DNA from: a bacterium
Lineage (GTDB): Bacteria; Planctomycetota; UBA8108; UBA1146
Direction: 5' to 3'
Length of the DNA stretch: 64,000 nucleotides
Assembly (NCBI GenBank): GCA_029976805.1
Contig: JAPOLY010000005.1
Location: 1,353 to 65,352 of the forward strand
Positions 30,782 through 39,056 of this stretch are shown in pieces; the first letter of the stretch is position 1; the number at the start of each line of letters is the position of its first letter. Position numbers and translations under genes: made by a program. A model generated the notes under the pieces. That model ran no database searches. It saw only the letters and a list, made by a program, of their open reading frames with translations, and had not been told where the DNA came from.

Positions 30782-32017
30782 ATGGAAACATTGGAAAATT
30801 CCGATCCCGACATCGCCGCCATCGTGACTCGCGAGGAGGAACGGCAGCGAAATGAGATCAACCTCATCGCCAGTGAAAACATCGTCAGTGAAGCGATCCT
30901 GACTGCCCAGGGATCCGTCTTGACCAACAAGTATGCTGAAGGCTACCCGGGTAAACGCTACTACGGGGGCTGCGAAGTGGTTGACGAAGCAGAAAATCTG
31001 GCACGGGATCGTGCAAAGGAACTCTTCGGTGCCGACCATGCCAATGTGCAGCCCCATTCAGGAACTCAGGCGAACATCGCTGCCTACTCTGCTCTTCTCA
31101 AACCGGGAGACAAGGTACTGGCGATGGATCTCGCCCACGGTGGACATCTTTCGCACGGTGCAAAGGTGAGCCTGACCGGCAAGGTCTACAACTTCACCCA
31201 CTATCCCGTCAATGCAGAAACTGAAACCATCGACATCGACGAGGTGCTGAAAATTGCCAAGGAGGTACAGCCCCAGCTGATTATTGCCGGTGCCAGTGCC
31301 TATCCTCGCGTGATCGACTTTGAGGCTTTCCGCAAGGTAGCGGATGAGGTGGAATCCAAATTCATGGTCGACATGGCACACATCGCCGGGTTGGTTGCCG
31401 CCGGCGTCCATCCCAGTCCTGTCCCCCATGCCGATGTCGTCACCACCACGACCCACAAAACTCTCAGAGGGCCGCGCAGCGGATTGATCCTCTGTCGCAA
31501 GAAATGGGCACGCAAAATTGACTCCGGAGTTTTCCCGGGAGATCAGGGTGGCCCGTTGATGCACCTGGTCGCTGCGAGAGCGGTCTGTTTCCGTGAAGCG
31601 ATGTCTGAAGAGTTCCGCGAATATGCCCGCAGTATTGTCACCAATGCTCAAAAACTTGGGCAGATCCTCATGGACGGCGGAGTTCGACTGGTCGCAGGAG
31701 GCACCGACAATCATATGGTGTTGGCGGACGTTCGCTCATTGGATCTGACGGGAGATATTGCGGAACGGGCTCTGGGTGAAGCTGGAATCGTCGTCAACAT
31801 GAACATGATTCCCCATGACCCGAATCCTCCCCTGAGACCCAGCGGAATCCGCATTGGAACTCCTACTGTCACCAGTCGGGGAATGGGAGATGTTGAGATC
31901 GAACGCATCGGCAGTTGGATTCTTGAAGTTCTCAAAAATCCGGAGGACACTTCACTCCATCGGAGCATTCGCTCTCAGGTCCGTGAAATGTGCGGAGAAT
32001 TCCCGACCAGAATCTGA
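30782..32017 (+). CDS. glyA: serine hydroxymethyltransferase
   Basis: Canonical SHMT sequence (YAEGYPGKRYYGGCE..., TTTTHKTLRGPRSG). AAGAGGA RBS. The start overlaps the prfB stop. Confidence 0.95.
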   Translation: METLENSDPDIAAIVTREEERQRNEINLIASENIVSEAILTAQGSVLTNKYAEGYPGKRYYGGCEVVDEAENLARDRAKELFGADHANVQPHSGTQANIAAYSALLKPGDKVLAMDLAHGGHLSHGAKVSLTGKVYNFTHYPVNAETETIDIDEVLKIAKEVQPQLIIAGASAYPRVIDFEAFRKVADEVESKFMVDMAHIAGLVAAGVHPSPVPHADVVTTTTHKTLRGPRSGLILCRKKWARKIDSGVFPGDQGGPLMHLVAARAVCFREAMSEEFREYARSIVTNAQKLGQILMDGGVRLVAGGTDNHMVLADVRSLDLTGDIAERALGEAGIVVNMNMIPHDPNPPLRPSGIRIGTPTVTSRGMGDVEIERIGSWILEVLKNPEDTSLHRSIRSQVREMCGEFPTRI

Positions 32018-32022
32018 TCCGT

Positions 32023-32093
32023 GTATCCGTCTCAAGACCCGTTTCCGTCTCAAGACCCGTTTCCGTCTCAAGACCCGTATCCGTCTCAAGACC
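32023..32093. repeat. tandem direct repeat, 4 x 18 bp (GT[A/T]TCCGTCTCAAGACCC) in convergent intergenic region
   Basis: Directly visible: gtatccgtctcaagaccc / gtttccgtctcaagaccc / gtttccgtctcaagaccc / gtatccgtctcaagacc. Each unit contains the mini inverted repeat GTCT-ca-AGAC. Confidence 0.85.
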
Positions 32094-33084
32094 TCTCGGA
32101 ACGGGACTGGATACCGATCGCCTGATGAACCGCTTCCATCGTCTCCTCGACGATGGGGCGGATCTTCCGTGCACCCTCCCTGAGAATCTCCTCAACCTTG
32201 TCTGGATCACTCTCCAGATTCGCCCTTGCAGTTCGTGCATCGGCGAAATGCTCAAGGAGGGCCTCAAAAAGTTCCTGCTTGGCGTGACCGTATCCATAAC
32301 CGATGCCTGTTGATCGCATCTTGTCCGCCATCTCGTCGACTTTTTCTTGCGGCGCTACCAACTTGTAGAGTTCATGGATCGTGTTGCCCTCGGGATCCTT
32401 GGGATCATCCACCCCCTGAGAATCGGTGACGATACCCATGATCTTTTTTCGAAGTTTTTTCTCCGGTTCAAAGATCCCCAGGTCATTCCCGTAGGATTTG
32501 CTCATCTTCTGGCCATCCACACCGGGAACCTTGGCAGCCTGTCCTTCAAGGATCAGTGGCTCAGGAAGTGGAAACACTTCGCCATACAGTTGATTGAATT
32601 TTCCTGCGATATCCCGGGTCACCTCTACGTGTTGCTTCTGATCCTGTCCCACCGGAACGCGATGGGATCGGACGATCAAAATGTCTGCAGCCATGAGACA
32701 TGGATAGGCGAAAAGACCATGATCCGCAGAAATTCCTTTTTCGACCTTGTCTTTATATGCATGACAACGCTCAAGGAGCCCCATCGGGGTCAGTGTCGAG
32801 AGAACCCAGGACAACTCACAAACCTCTGGAACATCTTCCTGCCGGTAAATCACCGCTTTTTCAGGATCGAGTCCCAAGGCCAAATAATCACAAGCAATAC
32901 CGAAAATGTTGTCGCGGAGTGTTTCGGCTTTTTTGACGGTGGTCAGGGCGTGGTAGGTGGCGATGAAGTAGTGCGCTCCGCCCTCCCTCTGGAGGTCGAT
33001 CCACTGGCGAACAGCACCGAAGTAGTTCCCCAGATGGATTCCCGAACTGGTCGGAGTCAATCCAGAGAGTGTGACCTGACTCAT
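32086..33084 (-). CDS. trpS: tryptophan--tRNA ligase
   Basis: HIGH-region variant (TPTSSGIHLGNYFGA) and KMSKS motif. Typical bacterial TrpRS length. The start is at MSQVTLSG. Confidence 0.9.
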   Translation of the reverse strand: MSQVTLSGLTPTSSGIHLGNYFGAVRQWIDLQREGGAHYFIATYHALTTVKKAETLRDNIFGIACDYLALGLDPEKAVIYRQEDVPEVCELSWVLSTLTPMGLLERCHAYKDKVEKGISADHGLFAYPCLMAADILIVRSHRVPVGQDQKQHVEVTRDIAGKFNQLYGEVFPLPEPLILEGQAAKVPGVDGQKMSKSYGNDLGIFEPEKKLRKKIMGIVTDSQGVDDPKDPEGNTIHELYKLVAPQEKVDEMADKMRSTGIGYGYGHAKQELFEALLEHFADARTARANLESDPDKVEEILREGARKIRPIVEETMEAVHQAIGIQSRSERS

Positions 33085-33323
33085 CGCTGATTCCCGTCCT
33101 TGGCTCTGTTTCTGTATCCGATACCCGGACAGGCCCGGGCACGGAGGCATTCCGAGGGTATCCCGAAGGATATGGCCCTAATCAGGAATCAGGGTACAGA
33201 AATCACCGCAGAACTCCAGAAAGACAGCAAAACTTGTCCCAAGAACTAATCTTGAGCAGAATGATCTCCCTTGATCGCCAAAGCCTAAATGCGGAAGATC
33301 CTGAATCGAATGAGGAGGCCCCC

Positions 33324-34169
33324 ATGGCGAAGACAACTTCAAAACCCCGTGGAAGTTTGATGCGGGCCTTCATTACCGGGTTGGCAACTCTGCTACCCAC
33401 GGTACTGACCATTATCATCATCACGGTCTCCTACAACTTCCTTGACGAGAAAATTGCACAACCGATCACAGGCCTGATCCGTAAAGGTTTCTCCTCCGAA
33501 ATCGCCAAAGAGTACTTTTGGAAAGACACCGTCAAGCTTCAGGATTGGCAACTGGATGAAGCCATCGATGACAGTGGCCTCCCGGAACGAGCCGGTGACA
33601 TTCCCTTCTCTCAGCAAGTTGAGCAAATCAGCCCAAACTGGCTTGGGTTCATCATCGCCATCTTCCTCGTGCTCGCTGTGGGTATTATCTTCCGTGGAGT
33701 CCTGGGAAGACAACTGCTGAAATTGATCGAAGGTCTGATCAAGCGCATCCCTTTCATCAAAATCATCTACCCGTATGCCAAACAGGTGACAGAGTTCTTC
33801 TTTGAGGAAAAAAACAAAATCGAATACGACACTGCAGTGGCAGTTCAGTATCCGAGAATGGGAATCTGGTCCCTTGGATTCGTGACCAGCAATGGATTCA
33901 AGACGATTCAGGAAAAGCATGGAGGCCCCATGGTCGCCATCTTCATCCCCTCCAGTCCCACGCCAATCACCGGATACACGATTCTGGTTCCCCGAGACGA
34001 GATCATTCCACTCGACTTGAGTGTCGACGAAGTACTGAGATTCACGATTTCAGGCGGGGTGATCGTGCCAACGGATGAGATTCCCCAAATGGGCTCTGCG
34101 CCCGATTTGAAGGGAACCGGAGATCTATCTGTGGACTCAAATTCTACAGAAGATGGCCCGAACGCTTGA
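33324..34169 (+). CDS. DUF502-family membrane protein
   Basis: The start is at MAKTTSK (GAGGAGG 6 nt upstream). An N-terminal TM helix (FITGLATLLPTVLTIIIITV) plus the conserved DUF502 core. Confidence 0.55.
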   Translation: MAKTTSKPRGSLMRAFITGLATLLPTVLTIIIITVSYNFLDEKIAQPITGLIRKGFSSEIAKEYFWKDTVKLQDWQLDEAIDDSGLPERAGDIPFSQQVEQISPNWLGFIIAIFLVLAVGIIFRGVLGRQLLKLIEGLIKRIPFIKIIYPYAKQVTEFFFEEKNKIEYDTAVAVQYPRMGIWSLGFVTSNGFKTIQEKHGGPMVAIFIPSSPTPITGYTILVPRDEIIPLDLSVDEVLRFTISGGVIVPTDEIPQMGSAPDLKGTGDLSVDSNSTEDGPNA

Positions 34170-34226
34170 CGGGAGAATCTTCCTGACTAGCATCAGGTTT
34201 CTGGAAATGCTGATTTGTCAAAGGGT

Positions 34227-34303
34227 CGGGCCGTAGCGCAGTTTGGTAGCGCGCCACGATGGGGCCGTGGAGGTCGGTGGTTCGAATCCACTCGGTCCGA
34301 CCA
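34227..34303 (+). tRNA. tRNA-Pro (anticodon GGG)
   Basis: CGGGCCGTAGCGCAGTTTGGTAGCGCGCCACGATGGGGCCGTGGAGGTCGGTGGTTCGAATCCACTCGGTCCGACCA has the cloverleaf with anticodon loop AUGGGGC, an encoded CCA, and close resemblance to the E. coli proL tRNA. Confidence 0.9.
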
Positions 34304-34403
34304 TACTTTTCAATCGCGACGTCTTTTTTGATCATGGTCGACTTGCCGATCATTCGGGATACCAGGCAACTGTTCGGCCAAATCCGGCAGTGAGGCATGA
34401 TCC

Positions 34404-35258
34404 GTGACTGACCCAGCCTCCACAGACTCAAGCCCCCCGAGTTCCCTTCCAAAGGACTCCCCTCATTCTGCTGAAGCCAGAGTGCCCCTGATTCATCGGG
34501 ATCAGGGAAGAACTGTGCATTACTTCGGGGATTCTCAGCCAATCCTCGAAAAACTGGGGTTCATGTCGGGTAAACCGTCTACTCCAGCTTATGAGCACTT
34601 GCCGGGAAGAACGCAGCACCCTGTCTATTCGATTTCAAAATCGGACAAGTTCATGTGGAAGTTATGCCGCCGTGGAGGATTTCTGTCCCGATTCAATCGA
34701 AAGACCTACTTTTCCACTCGGCGTTTCGTGGAGGAATTGGTCCTTTCTGATCGATTGCACAGATCAGGAATCCCGTCTTCAAGAGTGTTGGCATTTTCGG
34801 CAACACGAATGGGTCTCGGTTTCGAAGTCGCCCAAATCATCCAATTGGAAGAGAATGTCATTTCCATCAGCGATCTGCTGGGAATCAATAAAACACCTCC
34901 TGCCCGAACCCAGATTCGCAGCACAGGTGAGCTGATCCACCGCTTCCATAGCGCAGGCTTCCTCCATGGTGACCTCAATCTCATGAATATTATGGTCAAT
35001 GCAGATGCAAAGGCCCCGGTCAAATCGCTTCTGGTAGATCTGGATCCGGGCTCTGTACCGCCGGGTGCGAACAGGACAGGAAATCTCGCAAGACTGGCCC
35101 GTTCCTATGCGAAGATCCTCAACAAAGGAGGCTCTCGGCTCACAGCCGGTGACCGATTCAGGTTTCTTTACTGTGCAACCGGTGGAGATCGAAACCTGAT
35201 GAAAGCCGCCCTCAAGCAATGCCTCCCTTTTCTTCCGGAAAGTGAACACTCCCGTTGA
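34404..35258 (+). CDS. lipopolysaccharide kinase family protein (Kdo kinase KdkA / InaA-like)
   Basis: Protein-kinase-like fold with catalytic-loop HGDLNLMNIM and DLD motif (LLVDLDPG), as in KdkA/WaaP-family LPS kinases. Confidence 0.55.
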   Translation: MTDPASTDSSPPSSLPKDSPHSAEARVPLIHRDQGRTVHYFGDSQPILEKLGFMSGKPSTPAYEHLPGRTQHPVYSISKSDKFMWKLCRRGGFLSRFNRKTYFSTRRFVEELVLSDRLHRSGIPSSRVLAFSATRMGLGFEVAQIIQLEENVISISDLLGINKTPPARTQIRSTGELIHRFHSAGFLHGDLNLMNIMVNADAKAPVKSLLVDLDPGSVPPGANRTGNLARLARSYAKILNKGGSRLTAGDRFRFLYCATGGDRNLMKAALKQCLPFLPESEHSR

Positions 35259-36076
35259 AACCTGTTATTGGCTCCATCAACTTCCTGAATGCTGACCCTC
35301 TCTGTCTAAAACTGGAGGACGTGGATCATCGTTGGGAAGTTCTTCATGACCTCCCCAGCAATCTGGCAGCAAAATTGCGCCAGAAGCACTTGGACGTCGC
35401 ATTGGTTCCTCAGGTGGAAGCTTGCAGGTCAGAAGACTATCGAATTCTTCCTGGTCACTGCATCTCTTGTGATGGAGCAGTCGGATCGATTCTTCTCTTT
35501 GGTGACACTGAGTGGAAGAACCTACGAACTGTTTCGGTCGACAAGGCCAGTAATTCTTCAGTGGCACTGCTCTCTGTCTTGAGACATCTGGACGGATTGC
35601 CTCCTCTGGAAATCTCTGTTGGACAATCGGATCTCTCACCACTTGAATCGGATCACAAATCAGATTCGGTTCTCCTCATCGGAGATCCGGCATTGGAAAA
35701 TGCCCACTCTCCATACCCCCGCCATGATCTGGGAACGATGTGGAAGGAAAGGACCGGACTTCCCTTCGTATTTGCTGTGTGGCTGGCTCGACCTACGATC
35801 CCCCAATGGGTGGTGGATTCGATTCATGAATCAGCCCGGCAGGGACTCTCAAGTCGTAATTCAATTGCAAAGATCTACTGTCGGGAGAACCCTGGAGTCC
35901 TCGATTTGCCTTCCGCCCTGCATTACCTTCATGAAAACATTCGCTATGAACTGGGTGATCCACAGATAGAGGCACTGAGAGAGTTCCATCGCTTGCGTTG
36001 TGAGATGGACCCCAACCTCAATCCGCAATGGTCACCCCGATTCCTTACTGCAGATGAAATCGGTGACAAGTCATGA
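35255..36076 (+). CDS. MqnA/MqnD-family (futalosine-pathway menaquinone biosynthesis, chorismate dehydratase-like) protein
   Basis: Matches the VitK2_biosynth family: N-terminal VIGSINFLNADPL and C-terminal LLIGDPALE...DLGTMWKERTGLPFVFAVWLAR. Confidence 0.6.
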   Translation: MKPVIGSINFLNADPLCLKLEDVDHRWEVLHDLPSNLAAKLRQKHLDVALVPQVEACRSEDYRILPGHCISCDGAVGSILLFGDTEWKNLRTVSVDKASNSSVALLSVLRHLDGLPPLEISVGQSDLSPLESDHKSDSVLLIGDPALENAHSPYPRHDLGTMWKERTGLPFVFAVWLARPTIPQWVVDSIHESARQGLSSRNSIAKIYCRENPGVLDLPSALHYLHENIRYELGDPQIEALREFHRLRCEMDPNLNPQWSPRFLTADEIGDKS

Positions 36077-36927
36077 TTGAACTGACAGCCACGGTGATCA
36101 CCTTCAATGAAGAAGGCAACATCCGTGAATGTCTGGAATCCCTCAGTTGGGTTTCAACCATCATCGTTGTCGATTCAGGATCGACAGACAGAACCGTCGA
36201 GATTGCCCGAGAATACACAGATCACGTTCATGTGACCGACTGGCCTGGCCACGTTGAACAAAAGAACAGGGCAATCTCGCTCTCCAAGACGGACTGGATC
36301 ATCTCTCTCGATGCGGACGAGCGGGTTTCTGAAGAGCTTCGGGAAGAAATTATCCAGAACCTGCAAACCGAGCCTGAGGTTCCGGGTTTTTCAATGCCCA
36401 GGCGAACTTGGCATTTGGGTCAATGGATCCGAAATAGTGGCTGGTACCCGGATCGAAAGATTCGGGTTTTCAATCGACAAAAAGCTCACTGGGCGGGAAT
36501 GAATCCTCACGATCGAATTTCAATTCAAGGGACTCCCATGAAATTGAAAGGGGACCTGCTCCACTATTCATTCCGCGATCTTCATCATCACATTGAAGGA
36601 ATGGATTTCTTTACTGGCATTTCGGGCAAGGAAATGGACCTTCATGGAGTGGGAAGTCCACTGCTGGGAATGCTTCTCCGAGCTCCTTGGAGATTTTTCA
36701 GAATGCTGGTTCTTCAGAAAGGTTATCGGGATGGATTCGCCGGATTCATTCTGGCAGGCCTCGGGATGATCTATGTCTTCCTCAAATATGCTTGCCTCTG
36801 GGAGAGGCGCCAACTGAAGCGAAGGGGCCTCGATCCAGATTCCCAACCCAGGAATCATCGCGGCCCTGAATGGAAGCCCCCCAGAAAGCTGCCTCCTTCA
36901 CTGGTGAAATCCGGGGGCGACGGGTGA
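36073..36927 (+). CDS. family 2 glycosyltransferase
   Basis: GT2 N-terminal fold: VITFNEEGNIRECLESL...IIVVDSGSTDRT...ISLDADERV (DxD motif). Confidence 0.75.
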   Translation: MIELTATVITFNEEGNIRECLESLSWVSTIIVVDSGSTDRTVEIAREYTDHVHVTDWPGHVEQKNRAISLSKTDWIISLDADERVSEELREEIIQNLQTEPEVPGFSMPRRTWHLGQWIRNSGWYPDRKIRVFNRQKAHWAGMNPHDRISIQGTPMKLKGDLLHYSFRDLHHHIEGMDFFTGISGKEMDLHGVGSPLLGMLLRAPWRFFRMLVLQKGYRDGFAGFILAGLGMIYVFLKYACLWERRQLKRRGLDPDSQPRNHRGPEWKPPRKLPPSLVKSGGDG

Positions 36928-38036
36928 AAATTTTTCACCTGTTTTCAAACTACAAATTCACCGGGCCAGCAGACCTTGCACTTTTGTTGGCGAAATCTCA
37001 GCAGAACCTTGGCCACGAGGTCACCTTCTTCTGTGGTAACCCTCCCCTTGGATCTCCCAACCACCTTTCCGAGATTGCCACTGAGCGGGGATTAGATCCC
37101 CGTTCAGACCTGTTCTTGCCGAAGCATTTTCGATTAGGGCAATTTCTGAATGACTTCAAAACCCTCAAGCAACAGATCAAAGAAGAAAAGCCGGACTGGA
37201 TTCATTGCCACCTCCCCAGTGACCACCTCCTGGGTTGCCTGGTAAAAGAACCGCAATCCCCCCCCATCGTCAAAAGCCAATATGATCTGGATCCTGTAAA
37301 AAATTTACGCGGTAGATACTGTCGCTCCCGAACAGATCTGTGGATCACGCCCACCCCATCGGCCACTCGAAATCTGCACTCCTGGAAAATCAGTCAAAAC
37401 CGGATTTTGGAACACCCTCCCATCGTCGATCTCCTTCGCTTCCAACCTGAATCGAAAGAAACCCCGATCGCCAAGGAACAGGATTCGATACACATAGGAG
37501 TCGTGGCCAGAATGCAACATCACCGGCGATTCGCTGAGTTGATTCGGGGCTTCTCACTTGCTGCAAAGGAAAACCCTGCACTGCACCTGCACATACTCGG
37601 ACGCGGAACCCATCAGGACGAAGTTGCAAAAGAGCCTGCCAGACAAAGTGGCTTTACTGATCGTATCCACTTCCCGGGTTATCTGGATTCAGAGCTGTAC
37701 CCCGGTCAACTCGCTCAGATGGATATGCTGATCTTTCTGGTTCCGGGTTCGGATGGAACATGTCGTGCTGCCAGGGAAGCCATGGCCAGTGGAGTTCCGG
37801 TCATCGCCTCCCGACGTGGCTTGCTGCCTGAACTGATTCCGCCCAAGGCGGGACTTCTCCTGGAAAACGACTCACCCGAAGCCATCTCCCGGGCGATCCT
37901 GAAGTTGTCGCAGGAAACCGGGTTGAGAAGAGACCTCGCCGCCGGTGGGCGTGCCTATACCGAGTCTTTTTGCAATGCGGAGACTTTGTCCCACGCACTC
38001 GAGTCAGTGCTTCAGGGCAGAATCAGCACTATTTAG
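36924..38036 (+). CDS. family 4 (GT-B) glycosyltransferase
   Basis: GT1/GT4 C-terminal motif (FPGYLDSELYPGQ...DMLIFLVPGSDGTCRAAREAMASGVPVIASRRGLLPELI). The likely real start is the GTG at 36924 overlapping the upstream TGA (GTGA). The track ORF begins at 36870. Confidence 0.7.
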   Translation: MKIFHLFSNYKFTGPADLALLLAKSQQNLGHEVTFFCGNPPLGSPNHLSEIATERGLDPRSDLFLPKHFRLGQFLNDFKTLKQQIKEEKPDWIHCHLPSDHLLGCLVKEPQSPPIVKSQYDLDPVKNLRGRYCRSRTDLWITPTPSATRNLHSWKISQNRILEHPPIVDLLRFQPESKETPIAKEQDSIHIGVVARMQHHRRFAELIRGFSLAAKENPALHLHILGRGTHQDEVAKEPARQSGFTDRIHFPGYLDSELYPGQLAQMDMLIFLVPGSDGTCRAAREAMASGVPVIASRRGLLPELIPPKAGLLLENDSPEAISRAILKLSQETGLRRDLAAGGRAYTESFCNAETLSHALESVLQGRISTI

Positions 38037-38165
38037 GCAAAAATAGCCTTTTTCAGAGTTTTTCCTACAGATCACCAGTGCATGTGTCGAGGAATCCATT
38101 GGGCGGGAAGGACTCGCCCGTGGCCCCAGTGGCCTTGAAAGGCCTATGGCCAAAACCGAAAGGGT

Positions 38166-38744
38166 ATGGATATGAACAACGTCAACAACGGTCAAATTGC
38201 GACCAACAACATTAATAGTGTGATTTTCCCCACGGCTCGCGTCGTCAGTGGTCTCCTGGGTTTCTATGCCCTGTGCACCATTGCCACCAACTACACCGTG
38301 ACCAACAACTTTGACTTCAACGTGTTCTCCGGAATCGTCGCCATGGCTATGGTGATCTGTTTCTCGGTTTGCACTGCAAGTATGTGGAAGAACGGCTTCC
38401 AGGTCTTCTCTGGCAACGTCGATAACGTTGTTGAGGCCAACACCTTCTGGAACAAGCTTGCCAATGGCTTCATTGTTTCCTGCGTGGTCTTTACCGCTGG
38501 TGCCTTCATTAACAGTGCCGGCAGCTCCAACATCGTCAGCGCCCTGACCCCGGCCTTTTTCCCCTTCTTTATTGGCTTGTGCGCCTACTACACCTGCAAG
38601 ACGGTTGCAGCCGCTTGCGCCACGACCGCCACGGAGTGCACCGTCAATAACAACGCTGATGCTGTGGTGGCTAACAGCGTAAAAAGTGTCATGACTGACA
38701 TGAATGTCATTCAAGATACAAATGCAAAGACCTACACCTCCTGA
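38166..38744 (+). CDS. Cys-rich, Asn-rich tetraspan membrane protein of unknown function (compositionally atypical, own terminator)
   Basis: 192 aa with four hydrophobic helices containing 13 Cys (ALCTIATNY, VICFSVCTASMW, VSCVVFTAG, GLCAYYTCKTVAAACATTATEC). Asn-rich termini. GC content is visibly lower than the flanks. GAAAGGG RBS. Confidence 0.5.
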   Translation: MDMNNVNNGQIATNNINSVIFPTARVVSGLLGFYALCTIATNYTVTNNFDFNVFSGIVAMAMVICFSVCTASMWKNGFQVFSGNVDNVVEANTFWNKLANGFIVSCVVFTAGAFINSAGSSNIVSALTPAFFPFFIGLCAYYTCKTVAAACATTATECTVNNNADAVVANSVKSVMTDMNVIQDTNAKTYTS

Positions 38745-38775
38745 ATCGATACAGAATACAGTTCGTAAACTGCAA

Positions 38776-38812
38776 GCCTGTGGAGACTTACAAGTCTCCA
38801 CAGGCTTTTTTT
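38776..38812 (+). terminator. rho-independent terminator
   Basis: GCCTGTGGAGAC-TTACAA-GTCTCCACAGGC followed by T7. Confidence 0.75.
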
Positions 38813-38863
38813 CGTTGTGGCAGCCTCCACATTCACTCATGGCTGAATAACTTCATGAAGTCA

Positions 38864-38907
38864 TGTGATTTACAATGGTTGAATCACCGACTTTGTAATC
38901 CTATTCT
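38864..38907 (+). promoter_or_regulatory. putative sigma70-like promoter (TTGAAT-N17-TATTCT) overlapped by an inverted repeat GTGATT-N11-AATCAC, upstream of the giant adhesin gene
   Basis: AT-rich island in an otherwise GC-rich region. The hexamers and palindrome were read directly. No experimental support. Confidence 0.25.
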
Positions 38908-39056
38908 TGTGTCGTAACTGTTTTATTAACCCGCCTGATCGTTCAGGCAGGAAGTTTTGATTTATCTCTATGGGAGGTGTGTCCCCTGCACCCGTCAAAA
39001 GTGCACGTGGATTCTTCCATGGAACATGGATTCCCCTATTTTGCCCGGGAGAAGTT

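Noticed and set aside
32023-32093. Possibility that the tandem repeat is a CRISPR array
   Set aside because: Units are directly adjacent with no intervening unique spacers, only 18 bp long, and there are no cas genes nearby.
34144-34542. 132 aa minus-strand ORF overlapping tRNA-Pro
   Set aside because: It overlaps the tRNA and the 5' end of the Kdo-kinase-family gene. No RBS or motifs.
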